Assembly: GCA_965644495.1 (NCBI GenBank)
Contig: CBFFSA010000011.1
Span: 558,001-622,000 of the forward strand
DNA: 64,000 nt
Source of the DNA: Perkinsela sp. CCAP 1560/9
Lineage: Eukaryota; Protista; Euglenozoa: Kinetoplastea
Direction: 5' to 3'
Of this stretch, positions 1 through 11,799 are shown piece after piece (position 1 is the stretch's first letter; every line of letters starts with the position of its first letter). The notes beneath the pieces were generated by a model that ran no database searches, had not been told where the DNA came from, and saw nothing but the letters and a program-made list of their open reading frames with translations. A program made the translations under genes and the position numbers.

Positions 1-1218
1 AAACAAAGGTCTTCAAAAAAACAAAGGTCTTCAAAAAAAGAAAGGTCTTCAAAAAAAACAACGGTCTTCAAAAACAAAGGTCTTCAAAAAAACAAAGGTC
101 TTCAAAAAGTCAAAAGGTCTTCAAAAAAAAAGGTCTTCAAAAAAACAAAGGTCTTCAAAAAAACAAAGGTCTTCGAAAAAACAAAGGTCTTCAAAAAAAC
201 AAAGGTCTTCAAAAAAACAAAGGTCTTCAAAAAAAAAAAGGTCTTCAAAAAAACAAAGGTCTTCAAAAAAACAAAGGTCTTCAAAAACAAAGGTCTTCAA
301 AAAAACAAAGGTCTTCAAAAAAACAAAGGTCTTCAAAAAAAAAAAGGTCTTCAAAAAAACAAAGGTCTTCAAAAAAAACAAAGGTCTTCAAAAACAAAGG
401 TCTTCAAAAAAACAAAGGTCTTCAAAAAAACAAAGGTCTTCAAAAAAAGAAAGGTCTTCAAAAAAAACAACGGTCTTCAAAAACAAAGGTCTTCAAAAAA
501 ACAAAGGTCTTCAAAAAGTCAAAAGGTCTTCAAAAAAAAAGGTCTTCAAAAAAACAAAGGTCTTCAAAAAAACAAAGGTCTTCAAAAAAACAAAGGTCTT
601 CAAAAAAACAAAGGTCTTCAAAAAAAACAAAGGTCATCAAAAAAACATAGGTCTTCAAAAAAACAAAGGTCTTCAAAAAAAAAAAGGTCTTCAAAAAAAC
701 AAAGGTCTTCAAAAACAAAGGTCTTCAAAAAAACAAAGGTCTTCAAAAAAACAAAGGTCTTCAAAAAAACAAAGGTCTTCAAAAACAAAGGTCTTCAAAA
801 AAACAAAGGTCTTCAAAAAAACAAAGGTCTTCAAAAAAACAAAGGTCTTCAAAAAAACAAAGGTCTTCAAAAAAAACAAAGGTCTTCAAAAACAAAGGTC
901 TTCAAAAAAACAAAGGTCTTCAAAAAAACAAAGGTCTTCAAAAAAAGAAAGGTCTTCAAAAAAAACAACGGTCTTCAAAAACAAAGGTCTTCAAAAAAAC
1001 AAAGGTCTTCAAAAAGTCAAAATGTCTTCAAAAAAAAAGGTCTTCAAAAAAACAAAGGTCTTCAAAAAAACAAAGGTCTTCGAAAAAACAAAGGTCTTCA
1101 AAAAAACAAAGGTCTTCAAAAAAACAAAGGTCTTCAAAAAAACAAAGGTCTTCAAAAAAACAAAGGTCTTCAAAAAAACATAGGTCTTCAAAAAAACAAA
1201 GGTCTTCAAAAAAACAAA

Positions 1219-1376
1219 GGTCTTCAAAAACAAAGGTCTTCAAAAAAACAAAGGTCTTCAAAAAAACAAAGGTCTTCAAAAAAAGAAAGGTCTTCAAAAA
1301 AAACAAAGGTCTTCAAAAACAAAGGTCTTCAAAAAAACAAAGGTCTTCAAAAAGTCAAAAGGTCTTCAAAAAAAAA
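1219..1376 (+). repeat. Example of recurrent variant cassette A: A5 unit, 2 consensus, A7GAAA unit, A8 unit, A5 unit, consensus, A5-GTC-A4 unit, A9 (C-less) unit; usually followed by 2 consensus, an A7CAAAA unit and an A7GAAA unit
   Basis: The same ordered series of variant monomers recurs dozens of times from about 30 to about 59,730. Examples: 11,435-11,650, 12,020-12,255, 22,930-23,160, 29,720-29,950, 45,905-46,140, 59,500-59,730. Confidence 0.9.
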
Positions 1377-2149
1377 GGTCTTCAAAAAAACAAAGGTCTT
1401 CAAAAAGTCAAAAGGTCTTCAAAAAAAAAGGTCTTCAAAAAAACAAAGGTCTTCAAAAAAACAAAAGGTCTTCAAAAAAAGAAAGGTCTTCAAAAAAACA
1501 AAGGTCTTTAAAAAAAAATAAGGTCTTCGAAAAAACAAAGGTCTTCAAAAAAACAAAGGTCTTCAAAAAAACAAAGGTCTTCAAAAAAAACAAAGGTCAT
1601 CAAAAAAACATAGGTCTTCAAAAAAACAAAGGTCTTCAAAAAAAAAAAGGTCTTCAAAAAAACAAAGGTCTTCAAAAAAACAAAGGTCTTCAAAAACAAA
1701 GGTCTTCAAAAAAACAAAGGTCTTCAAAAAAACAAAGGTCTTCAAAAAAACAAAGGTCTTCAAAAAAACAAAGGTCTTCAAAAAAAACAAAGGTCTTCAA
1801 AAACAAAGGTCTTCAAAAAAACAAAGGTCTTCAAAAAAACAAAGGTCTTCAAAAAAAGAAAGGTCTTCAAAAAAAACAACGGTCTTCAAAAACAAAGGTC
1901 TTCAAAAAAACAAAGGTCTTCAAAAAGTCAAAAGGTCTTCAAAAAAAAAGGTCTTCAAAAAAACAAAGGTCTTCAAAAAAACAAAGGTCTTCGAAAAAAC
2001 AAAGGTCTTCAAAAAAACAAAGGTCTTCAAAAAAACAAAGGTCTTCAAAAAAACAAAGGTCTTCAAAAAAACAAAGGTCTTCAAAAAAACATAGGTCTTC
2101 AAAAAAACAAAGGTCTTCAAAAAAACAAAGGTCTTCAAAAAAACAAAGG

Positions 2150-5100
2150 TCTTCAAAAAAACAAAGGTCTTCAAAAACAAAGGTCTTAAAAAAAACAAAG
2201 GTCTTCAAAAAAACAAAGGTCTTCAAAAAAAGAAAGGTCTTCAAAAAAAACAAAGGTCTTCAAAAACAAAGGTCTTCAAAAAAACAAAGGTCTTCAAAAA
2301 GTCAAAAGGTCTTCAAAAAAAAAGGTCTTCAAAAAAACAAAGGTCTTCAAAAAAACAAAGGTCTTCAAAAAAACAAAAGGTCTTCAAAAAAAGAATGGTC
2401 TTCAAAAAAACAAAGGTCTTCAAAAAAACAAAGGTCTTCAAAAAAACAAAGGTCTTCAAAAAAACAAAGGTCTTCAAAAAAACAAAGGTCTTCAAAAAAA
2501 CAAAGGTCTTCAAAAAAACATAGGTCTTCAAAAAAACAAAGGTCTTCAAAAAAACAAAGGTCTTCGAAAAAACAAAGGTCTTCAAAAAAACAAAGGTCTT
2601 CAAAAAAACAAAGGTCTTCAAAAAAACAAAGGTCTTCAAAAAAACAAAGGTCTTCAAAAAAACATAGGTCTTCAAAAAAACATAGGTCTTCAAAAAAACA
2701 AAGGTCTTCAAAAAAACAAAGGTCTTCAAAAAAACAAAGGTCTTCAAAAAAAAAAAGGTCTTCAAAAAAACAAAGGTCTTCAAAAAAACAAAGGTCTTCA
2801 AAAACAAAGGTCTTCAAAAAAACAAAGGTCTTCAAAAAAACAAAGGTCTTCAAAAAAAAAAAGGTCTTCAAAAAAACAAAGGTCTTCAAAAAAAACAAAG
2901 GTCTTCAAAAACAAAGGTCTTCAAAAAAACAAAGGTCTTCAAAAAAACAAAGGTCTTCAAAAAAAGAAAGGTCTTCAAAAAAAACAACGGTCTTCAAAAA
3001 CAAAGGTCTTCAAAAAAACAAAGGTCTTCAAAAAGTCAAAAGGTCTTCAAAAAAAAAGGTCTTCAAAAAAACAAAGGTCTTCAAAAAAACAAAGGTCTTC
3101 GAAAAAACAAAGGTCTTCAAAAAAAGATAGGTCTTCAAAAAAACAAAGGTCTTCAAAAAAACAAAGGTCTTCAAAAAAACAAAGGTCTTCAAAAAAAACA
3201 AAAGTCTTCAAAAACAAAGGTCTTCAAAAAAACAAAGGTCTTCAAAAAGTCAAAAGGTCTTCAAAAAAAAAGGTCTTCAAAAAAACAAAGGTCTTCAAAA
3301 AAACAAAGGTCTTCAAAAAAACAAAAGGTCTTCAAAAAAAGAATGGTCTTCAAAAAAACAAAGGTCTTCAAAAAAACAAAGGTCTTCAAAAAAACAAAGG
3401 TCTTCAAAAAAACAAAGGTCTTCAAAAAAACAAAGGTCTTCAAAAAAACAAAGGTCTTCAAAAAAACAAAGGTCTTCAAAAAAACAAAGGTCTTCAAAAA
3501 AACAAAGGTCTTCAAAAAAACAAAAGGTCTTCAAAAAAAGAATGGTCTTCAAAAAAACAAAGGTCTTCAAAAAAACAAAGGTCTTCAAAAAAACAAAGGT
3601 CTTCAAAAAAACAAAGGTCTTCAAAAAAACAAAGGTCTTCAAAAAAACAAAGGTCTTCAAAAAAACAAAGGTCTTCAAAAAAACATAGGTCTTCAAAAAA
3701 ACAAAGGTCTTCAAAAAAACAAAGGTCTTCAAAAAAACAAAGGTCTTCAAAAAAAACAAAGGTCTTCAAAAAAACAAAGGTCTTCAAAAACAAAGGTCTT
3801 AAAAAAAACAAAGGTCTTCAAAAAAACAAAGGTCTTCAAAAAAAGAAAGGTCTTCAAAAAAAACAAAGGTCTTCAAAAACAAAGGTCTTCAAAAAAACAA
3901 AGGTCTTCAAAAAGTCAAAAGGTCTTCAAAAAAAAAGGTCTTCAAAAAAACAAAGGTCTTCAAAAAAACAAAGGTCTTCAAAAAAACAAAAGGTCTTCAA
4001 AAAAAGAATGGTCTTCAAAAAAACAAAGGTCTTCAAAAAAACAAAGGTCTTCAAAAAAACAAAGGTCTTCAAAAAAACAAAGGTCTTCAAAAAAACAAAG
4101 GTCTTCAAAAAAACAAAGGTCTTCAAAAAAACATAGGTCTTCAAAAAAACAAAGGTCTTCAAAAAAACAAAGGTCTTCGAAAAAACAAAGGTCTTCAAAA
4201 AAACAAAGGTCTTCAAAAAAACAAAGGTCTTCAAAAAAACAAAGGTCTTCAAAAAAACAAAGGTCTTCAAAAAAACATAGGTCTTCAAAAAAACATAGGT
4301 CTTCAAAAAAACAAAGGTCTTCAAAAAAACAAAGGTCTTCAAAAAAACAAAGGTCTTCAAAAAAAAAAAGGTCTTCAAAAAAACAAAGGTCTTCAAAAAA
4401 ACAAAGGTCTTCAAAAACAAAGGTCTTCAAAAAAACAAAGGTCTTCAAAAAAACAAAGGTCTTCAAAAAAAAAAAGGTCTTCAAAAAAACAAAGGTCTTC
4501 AAAAAAAACAAAGGTCTTCAAAAACAAAGGTCTTCAAAAAAACAAAGGTCTTCAAAAAAACAAAGGTCTTCAAAAAAAGAAAGGTCTTCAAAAAAAACAA
4601 CGGTCTTCAAAAACAAAGGTCTTCAAAAAAACAAAGGTCTTCAAAAAGTCAAAAGGTCTTCAAAAAAAAAGGTCTTCAAAAAAACAAAGGTCTTCAAAAA
4701 AACAAAGGTCTTCGAAAAAACAAAGGTCTTCAAAAAAAGATAGGTCTTCAAAAAAACAAAGGTCTTCAAAAAAACAAAGGTCTTCAAAAAAACAAAGGTC
4801 TTCAAAAAAAACAAAAGTCTTCAAAAACAAAGGTCTTCAAAAAAACAAAGGTCTTCAAAAAGTCAAAAGGTCTTCAAAAAAAAAGGTCTTCAAAAAAACA
4901 AAGGTCTTCAAAAAAACAAAGGTCTTCAAAAAAACAAAAGGTCTTCAAAAAAAGAATGGTCTTCAAAAAAACAAAGGTCTTCAAAAAAACAAAGGTCTTC
5001 AAAAAAACAAAGGTCTTCAAAAAAACAAAGGTCTTCAAAAAAACAAAGGTCTTCAAAAAAACAAAGGTCTTCAAAAAAACAAAGGTCTTCAAAAAAACAA

Positions 5101-5373
5101 AGGTCTTCAAAAAAACAAAGGTCTTCAAAAAAACAAAAGGTCTTCAAAAAAAGAATGGTCTTCAAAAAAACAAAGGTCTTCAAAAAAACAAAGGTCTTCA
5201 AAAAAACAAAGGTCTTCAAAAAAACAAAGGTCTTCAAAAAAACAAAGGTCTTCAAAAAAACAAAGGTCTTCAAAAAAACAAAGGTCTTCAAAAAAACATA
5301 GGTCTTCAAAAAAACAAAGGTCTTCAAAAAAACAAAGGTCTTCAAAAAAACAAAGGTCTTCAAAAAAAACAAA
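2150..5373 (+). repeat. Tandem duplication, period 1,613 bp (about 90 monomers)
   Basis: Diagnostic variants pair at +1613: GAATGG 2393/4006, 3341/4954, 3540/5153; CAACGG 2985/4598; GATAGG 3126/4739. Identical ORFs 2313..2807/3926..4420 and 3313..3759/4926..5372. Confidence 0.93.
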
Positions 5374-8300
5374 GGTCATCAAAAAAACAAAGGTCTTCAA
5401 AAAAACAAAGGTCTTCAAAAAAAAAAAGGTCTTCAAAAAAACAAAGGTCTTCAAAAAAACAAAGGTCTTCAAAAAAACAAAGGTCTTCAAAAACAAAGGT
5501 CTTCAAAAAAACAAAGGTCTTCAAAAAAACAAAGGTCTTCAAAAAAACAAAGGTCTTCAAAAACAAAGGTCTTCAAAAAAACAAAGGTCTTCAAAAACAA
5601 AGGTCTTCAAAAAAACATAGGTCTTCAAAAAAACAAAGCTCTTCAAAAAAACAAAGGTCTTCAAAAAAACAAAGGTCTTCAAAAAAACAAAGGTCTTCAA
5701 AAACAAAGGTCTTCAAAAAAACATAGGTCTTCAAAAAAAAAGGTCTTCAAAAAAACAAAGGTCTTCAAAAAAACAAAGGTCTTCAAAAAAACAAAAGGTC
5801 TTCAAAAAAAGAAAGGTCTTCAAAAAAACAAAGGTCTTCAAAAAAACAAAGGTCTTCAAAAAAACAAAGGTCTTCAAAAAAACAAAGGTCTTCAAAAAAA
5901 CAAAGGTCTTCAAAAAAACAAAGGTCTTCAAAAAAACAAAGGTCTTCAAAAAAACATAGGTCTTCAAAAAAACAAAGGTCTTCAAAAAAACAAAGGTCTT
6001 CAAAAAAACAAAGGTCTTCAAAAAAAACGAAGGTCATCAAAAAAACAAAGGTCTTCAAAAAAACAAAGGTCTTCAAAAAAAAAAGGTCTTCAAAAAAACA
6101 AAGGTCTTCAAAAAAACAAAGGTCTTCAAAAAAACAAAGGTCTTCAAAAACAAAGGTCTTCAAAAAAACAAAGGTCTTCAAAAAAACAAAGGTCTTCAAA
6201 AAAACAAAGGTCTTCAAAAAAACAAAGGTCTTCAAAAAGTCAAAAGGTCTTCAAAAAAAAAGGTCTTCAAAAAAACAAAGGTCTTCAAAAAAACAAAGGT
6301 CTTCAAAAAAACAAAAGGTCTTCAAAAAAAGAAAGGTCTTCAAAAAAACAAAGGTCTTCAAAAAAACAAAGGTCTTCAAAAAAACAAAGGTCTTCAAAAA
6401 AACAAAGGCCTTCAAAAAAAAAAGGTCTTCAAAAAAACAAAGGTCTTCAAAAAAACAAAGGTCTTCAAAAAAACAAAGGTCTTCAAAAAAACAAAGGTCT
6501 TCAAAAACAAAGGTCTTCAAAAAAACAAAGGTCTTCAAAAAAACAAAGGTCTTCAAAAAAACATAGGTCTTCAAAAAAACAAAGGTCTTCAAAAAAACAA
6601 AGGTCTTCAAAAAAACAAAGGTCTTCAAAAAAAGAAAGGTCTTCAAAAAAACAAAGGTCTTCAAAAAAACAAACGTCTTCAAAAAAACAAAGGTCTTCAA
6701 AAAAACATAGGTCTTCAAAAAAACAAAGGTCTTCAAAAAAACAAAGGTCTTCAAAAAAACAAAGGTCTTCAAAAAAACAAAGGCCTTCAAAAAAACAAAG
6801 GTCCTCAAAAAAACAAAGGTCTTCAAAAAAACAAAGGTCTTCAAAAAAACAAAGGTCTTCAAAAAAAAAAAGGTCTTCAAAAAAACAAAGGTCTTCAAAA
6901 AAACAAAGGTCTTCAAAAAAACAAAGGTCTTCAAAAACAAAGGTCTTCAAAAAAACAAAGGTCTTCGAAAAAACAAAGGTCTTCAAAAAAACAAAGGTCT
7001 TCAAAAAAACAAAGGTCTTCAAAAAAACAAAGGTCTTCAAAAAAACAAAGGTCTTCAAAAAAACAAAGGTCTTCAAAAAAACAAAGGTCTTCAAAAAAAC
7101 AAAGATCTTCAAAAAAAGAAAGGTCTTCAAAAAAAACAAAGGTCTTCAAAAACAAAGGTCTTCAAAAAAACAAAGGTCTTCAAAAAGTCAAAAGGTCTTC
7201 AAAAAAAAAGGTCTTCAAAAAAACAAAGGTCTTCAAAAAAACAAAAGGTCTTCAAAAAAAGAAAGGTCTTCAAAAAAACAAAGGTCTTTAAAAAAAAATA
7301 AGGTCTTCGAAAAAACAAAGGTCTTCAAAAAAACAAAGGTCTTCAAAAAAACAAAGGTCTTCAAAAAAACAAAGGTCTTCAAAAAAACATAGGTCTTCAA
7401 AAAAACAAAGGTCATCAAAAAAACAAAGGTCTTCAAAAAAACAAAGGTCTTCAAAAAAAAAAAGGTCTTCAAAAAAACAAAGGTCTTCAAAAAAACAAAG
7501 GTCTTCAAAAAAACAAAGGTCTTCAAAAAAACATAGGTCTTCAAAAAAACAAAGGTCTTCAAAAAAACAAAGGTCTTCAAAAAAACAAAGGTCTTCAAAA
7601 AAACAAAAGGTCTTCAAAAAAAGAAAGGTCTTCAAAAAAACAAAGGTCTTCAAAAAAACAAAGGTCTTCAAAAAAACAAAGGTCTTCAAAAAAACAAAGG
7701 TCTTCAAAAAAAACAAAGGTCATCAAAAAAACAAAGGTCTTCAAAAAAACAAAGGTCTTCAAAAAAAAAAGGTCTTCAAAAAAACAAAGGTCTTCAAAAA
7801 AACAAAGGTCTTCGAAAAAACAAAGGTCTTCAAAAAAACAAAGGTCTTCAAAAAAACAAAGGTCTTCAAAAAAACATAGGTCTTCAAAAAAACAAAGGTC
7901 TTCAAAAAAAACTAAGGTCTTCAAAAAAACAAAGGTCTTCAAAAAGTCAAAAGGTCTTCAAAAAAAAAGGTCTTCAAAAAAACAAAGGTCTTCAAAAAAA
8001 CAAAGGTCTTCAAAAAAACAAAGGTCTTCAAAAAAACAAAGGTCTTCAAAAAAACAAAGGTCTTCAAAAAAACATAGGTCTTCAAAAAAACAAAGGTCTT
8101 CAAAAAAAACTAAGGTCTTCAAAAAAACAAAGGTCTTCAAAAAGTCAAAAGGTCTTCAAAAAAAAAGGTCTTCAAAAAAACAAAGGTCTTCAAAAAAACA
8201 AAGGTCTTCAAAAAAACAAAAGGTCTTCAAAAAAAGAAAGGTCTTCAAAAAAACAAAGGTCTTCAAAAAAACAAAGGTCTTCAAAAAAACAAAGGTCTTC

Positions 8301-9209
8301 AAAAAAACAAAGGCCTTCAAAAAAACAAAGGTCCTCAAAAAAACAAAGGTCTTCAAAAAAAACAAAGGTCATCAAAAAAACAAAGGTCTTCAAAAAAACA
8401 AAGGTCTTCAAAAAAACAAAGGTCTTCAAAAAAACATAGGTCTTCGAAAAAACAAAGGTCTTCAAAAAAACAAAGGTCTTCAAAAAAACAAAGGTCTTCA
8501 AAAAAACAAAGGTCTTCAAAAAAACATAGGTCTTCAAAAAAACAAAGGTCATCAAAAAAACAAAGGTCTTCAAAAAAACAAAGGTCTTCAAAAAAACATA
8601 GGTCTTCAAAAAAACAAAGGTCTTCAAAAAAACAAAGGTCTTCAAAAAAACAAAAGTCTTCAAAAAAACAAAGGCCTTCAAAAAAACAAAGGTCCTCAAA
8701 AAAACAAAGGTCTTCAAAAAAAACAAAGGTCATCAAAAAAACAAAGGTCTTCAAAAAAACAAAGGTCTTCAAAAAAAAAATGTCTTCAAAAAAACAAAGG
8801 TCTTCATAAAAAACAAAGGTCTTCAAAAAAACAAAGGTCTTCAAAAACAAAGGTCTTCAAAAAAACGAAGGTCTTCAAAAAAACAAAGGTCTTCAAAAAA
8901 ACAAAGGTCTTCAAAAAAACAAAGGTCTTCAAAAAAACAAAGGTCTTCAAAAAAACAAAGGTCTTCAAAAAAACAAAGGTCTTCAAAAAAACAAAGGTCT
9001 TCAAAAAAACAAAGATCTTCAAAAAAAGAAAGGTCTTCAAAAAAAACAAAGGTCTTCAAAAACAAAGGTCTTCAAAAAAACAAAGGTCTTCAAAAAGTCA
9101 AAAGGTCTTCAAAAAAAAAGGTCTTCAAAAAAACAAAGGTCTTCAAAAAAACAAAAGGTCTTCAAAAAAAGAAAGGTCTTCAAAAAAACAAAGGTCTTTA
9201 AAAAAAAAT

Positions 9210-10850
9210 AAGGTCTTCAAAAAAACAAAGGTCTTCAAAAAAGCAAAGGTCTTCAAAAAAACATAGGTCTTCAAAAAAACAAAGGTCATCAAAAAAACAA
9301 AGGTCTTCAAAAAAACAAAGGTCTTCAAAAAAAAAAAGGTCTTCAAAAAAACAAAGGTCTTCAAAAAAACAAAGGTCTTCAAAAAAACAAAGGTCTTCAA
9401 AAAAACAAAGGCCTTCAAAAAAACAAAGGTCCTCAAAAAAACAAAGGTCTTCAAAAAAAACAAAGGTCATCAAAAAAACAAAGGTCTTCAAAAAAACAAA
9501 GGTCTTCAAAAAAAAAAAGGTCTTCAAAAAAACAAAGGTCTTCAAAAAAACAAAGGTCTTCAAAAAAACAAAGGTCTTCAAAAACAAAGGTCTTCAAAAA
9601 AACAAAGGTCTTCAAAAAAACAAAGGTCTTCAAAAAAACAAAGGTCTTCAAAAAAACAAAGGTCTTCAAAAAAACAAAGGTCTTCAAAAAAACAAAGGTC
9701 TTCAAAAAAACAAAGGTCTTCAAAAAAACAAAGGTCTTCAAAAAAACAAAGGTCTTCAAAAAAACAAAGGTCTTCAAAAACAAAGGTCTTCAAAAAAACA
9801 AAGGTCTTCAAAAAAACAAAGGTCTTCAAAAAAAGAAAGGTCTTCAAAAAAAACAAAGGTCTTCAAAAACAAAGGTCTTCAAAAAAACAAAGGTCTTCAA
9901 AAAAACAAAGGTCTTCAAAAAAACAAAGGTCTTCAAAAACAAAGGTCTTCAAAAAAACAAAGGTCTTCAAAAAAACAAAGGTCTTCAAAAAAACAAAGGT
10001 CTTCAAAAAAACAAAGGTCTTCAAAAAAACAAAGGTCTTCAAAAAAAAAAAGGTCTTCAAAAAAACAAAGGTCTTCAAAAAAACAAAAGGTCTTCAAAAA
10101 AAGAAAGGTCTTCAAAAAAACAAAGGTCTTTAAAAAAAAATAAGGTCTTCGAAAAAACAAAGGTCTTCAAAAAAACAAAGGTCTTCAAAAAAACAAAGGT
10201 CTTCAAAAAAGCAAAGGTCTTCAAAAAAACATAGGTCTTCAAAAAAACAAAGGTCATCAAAAAAACAAAGGTCTTCAAAAAAACAAAGGTCTTCAAAAAA
10301 AAAAAGGTCTTCAAAAAAACAAAGGTCTTCAAAAAAACAAAGGTCTTCAAAAAAACAAAGGTCTTCAAAAAAACAAAGGCCTTCAAAAAAACAAAGGTCC
10401 TCAAAAAAACAAAGGTCTTCAAAAAAAACAAAGGTCATCAAAAAAACAAAGGTCTTCAAAAAAACAAAGGTCTTCAAAAAAAAAAAGGTCTTCAAAAAAA
10501 CAAAGGTCTTCAAAAAAACAAAGGTCTTCAAAAAAACAAAGGTCTTCAAAAACAAAGGTCTTCAAAAAAACAAAGGTCTTCAAAAAAACAAAGGTCTTCA
10601 AAAAAACAAAAGTCTTCAAAAAAACAAAGGTCTTCAAAAAAACAAAGGTCTTCAAAAAAACAAAGGTCTTCAAAAAAACAAAGGTCTTCAAAAAAACAAA
10701 GGTCTTCAAAAAAACAAAGGTCTTCAAAAAAACAAAGGTCTTCAAAAACAAAGGTCTTCAAAAAAACAAAGGTCTTCAAAAAAACAAAGGTCTTCAAAAA
10801 AAGAAAGGTCTTCAAAAAAAACAAAGGTCTTCAAAAACAAAGGTCTTCAA
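9210..10850 (+). repeat. Local duplication, offset 968 bp
   Basis: AGCAAAGG (G at 9243/10211) and AGGCCT (9409/10377). ORFs 9451..9783/10419..10751 and 9578..9856/10546..10824. Confidence 0.88.
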
Positions 10851-11799
10851 AAAGTCAAAAGGTCTTCAAAAAAAAAGGTCTTCAAAAAAACAAAGGTCTT
10901 CAAAAAAACAAAGGTCTTCAAAAAAACCAAAGGTCTTCAAAAAAAGAAAGGTCTTCAAAAAAACAAAGGTCTTCAAAAAAACAAAGGTCTTCGAAAAAAC
11001 AAAGGTCTTCAAAAAAACAAAGGTCTTCAAAAAAACAAAGGTCTTCAAAAAAACAAAGGTCTTCAAAAAAAAAGGTCTTCAAAAAAACAAAGGTCTTCAA
11101 AAAAACAAAGGTCTTCAAAAAAACAAAAGGTCTTCAAAAAAAGAAAGGTCTTCAAAAAAACAAAGGTCTTCAAAAAAACAAAGGTCTTCAAAAAAACAAA
11201 GGTCTTCGAAAAAACAAAGGTCTTCAAAAACAAAGGTCTTCAAAAAAACAAAGGTCTTCAAAAAAACAAAGGTCTTCAAAAAAACAAAGGTCTTCAAAAA
11301 AACAAAGGTCTTCAAAAAAACAAAGGTCTTCAAAAAAACAAAGGTCTTCAAAAAAACATAGGTCTTCAAAAAAACAAAGGTCTTCAAAAAAACAAAGGTC
11401 TTCAAAAAAACAAAGGTCTTCAAAAAAACAAAGGTCTTCAAAAACAAAGGTCTTCAAAAAAACAAAGGTCTTCAAAAAAACAAAGGTCTTCAAAAAAAGA
11501 AAGGTCTTCAAAAAAAACAAAGGTCTTCAAAAACAAAGGTCTTCAAAAAAACAAAGGTCTTCAAAAAGTCAAAAGGTCTTCAAAAAAAAAGGTCTTCAAA
11601 AAAACAAAGGTCTTCAAAAAAACAAAGGTCTTCAAAAAAACAAAAGGTCTTCAAAAAAAACAAAGGTCTTCAAAAAAACAAAAGTCTTCAAAAAAACAAA
11701 GTCTTCAAAAAATCAAAGGTCTTCAAAAAAACAAAGGTCTTCAAAAAAACAAAGGTCTTCAAAAAAACAAAGGTCTTCAAAAAAACAAAGGTCTTCAAA

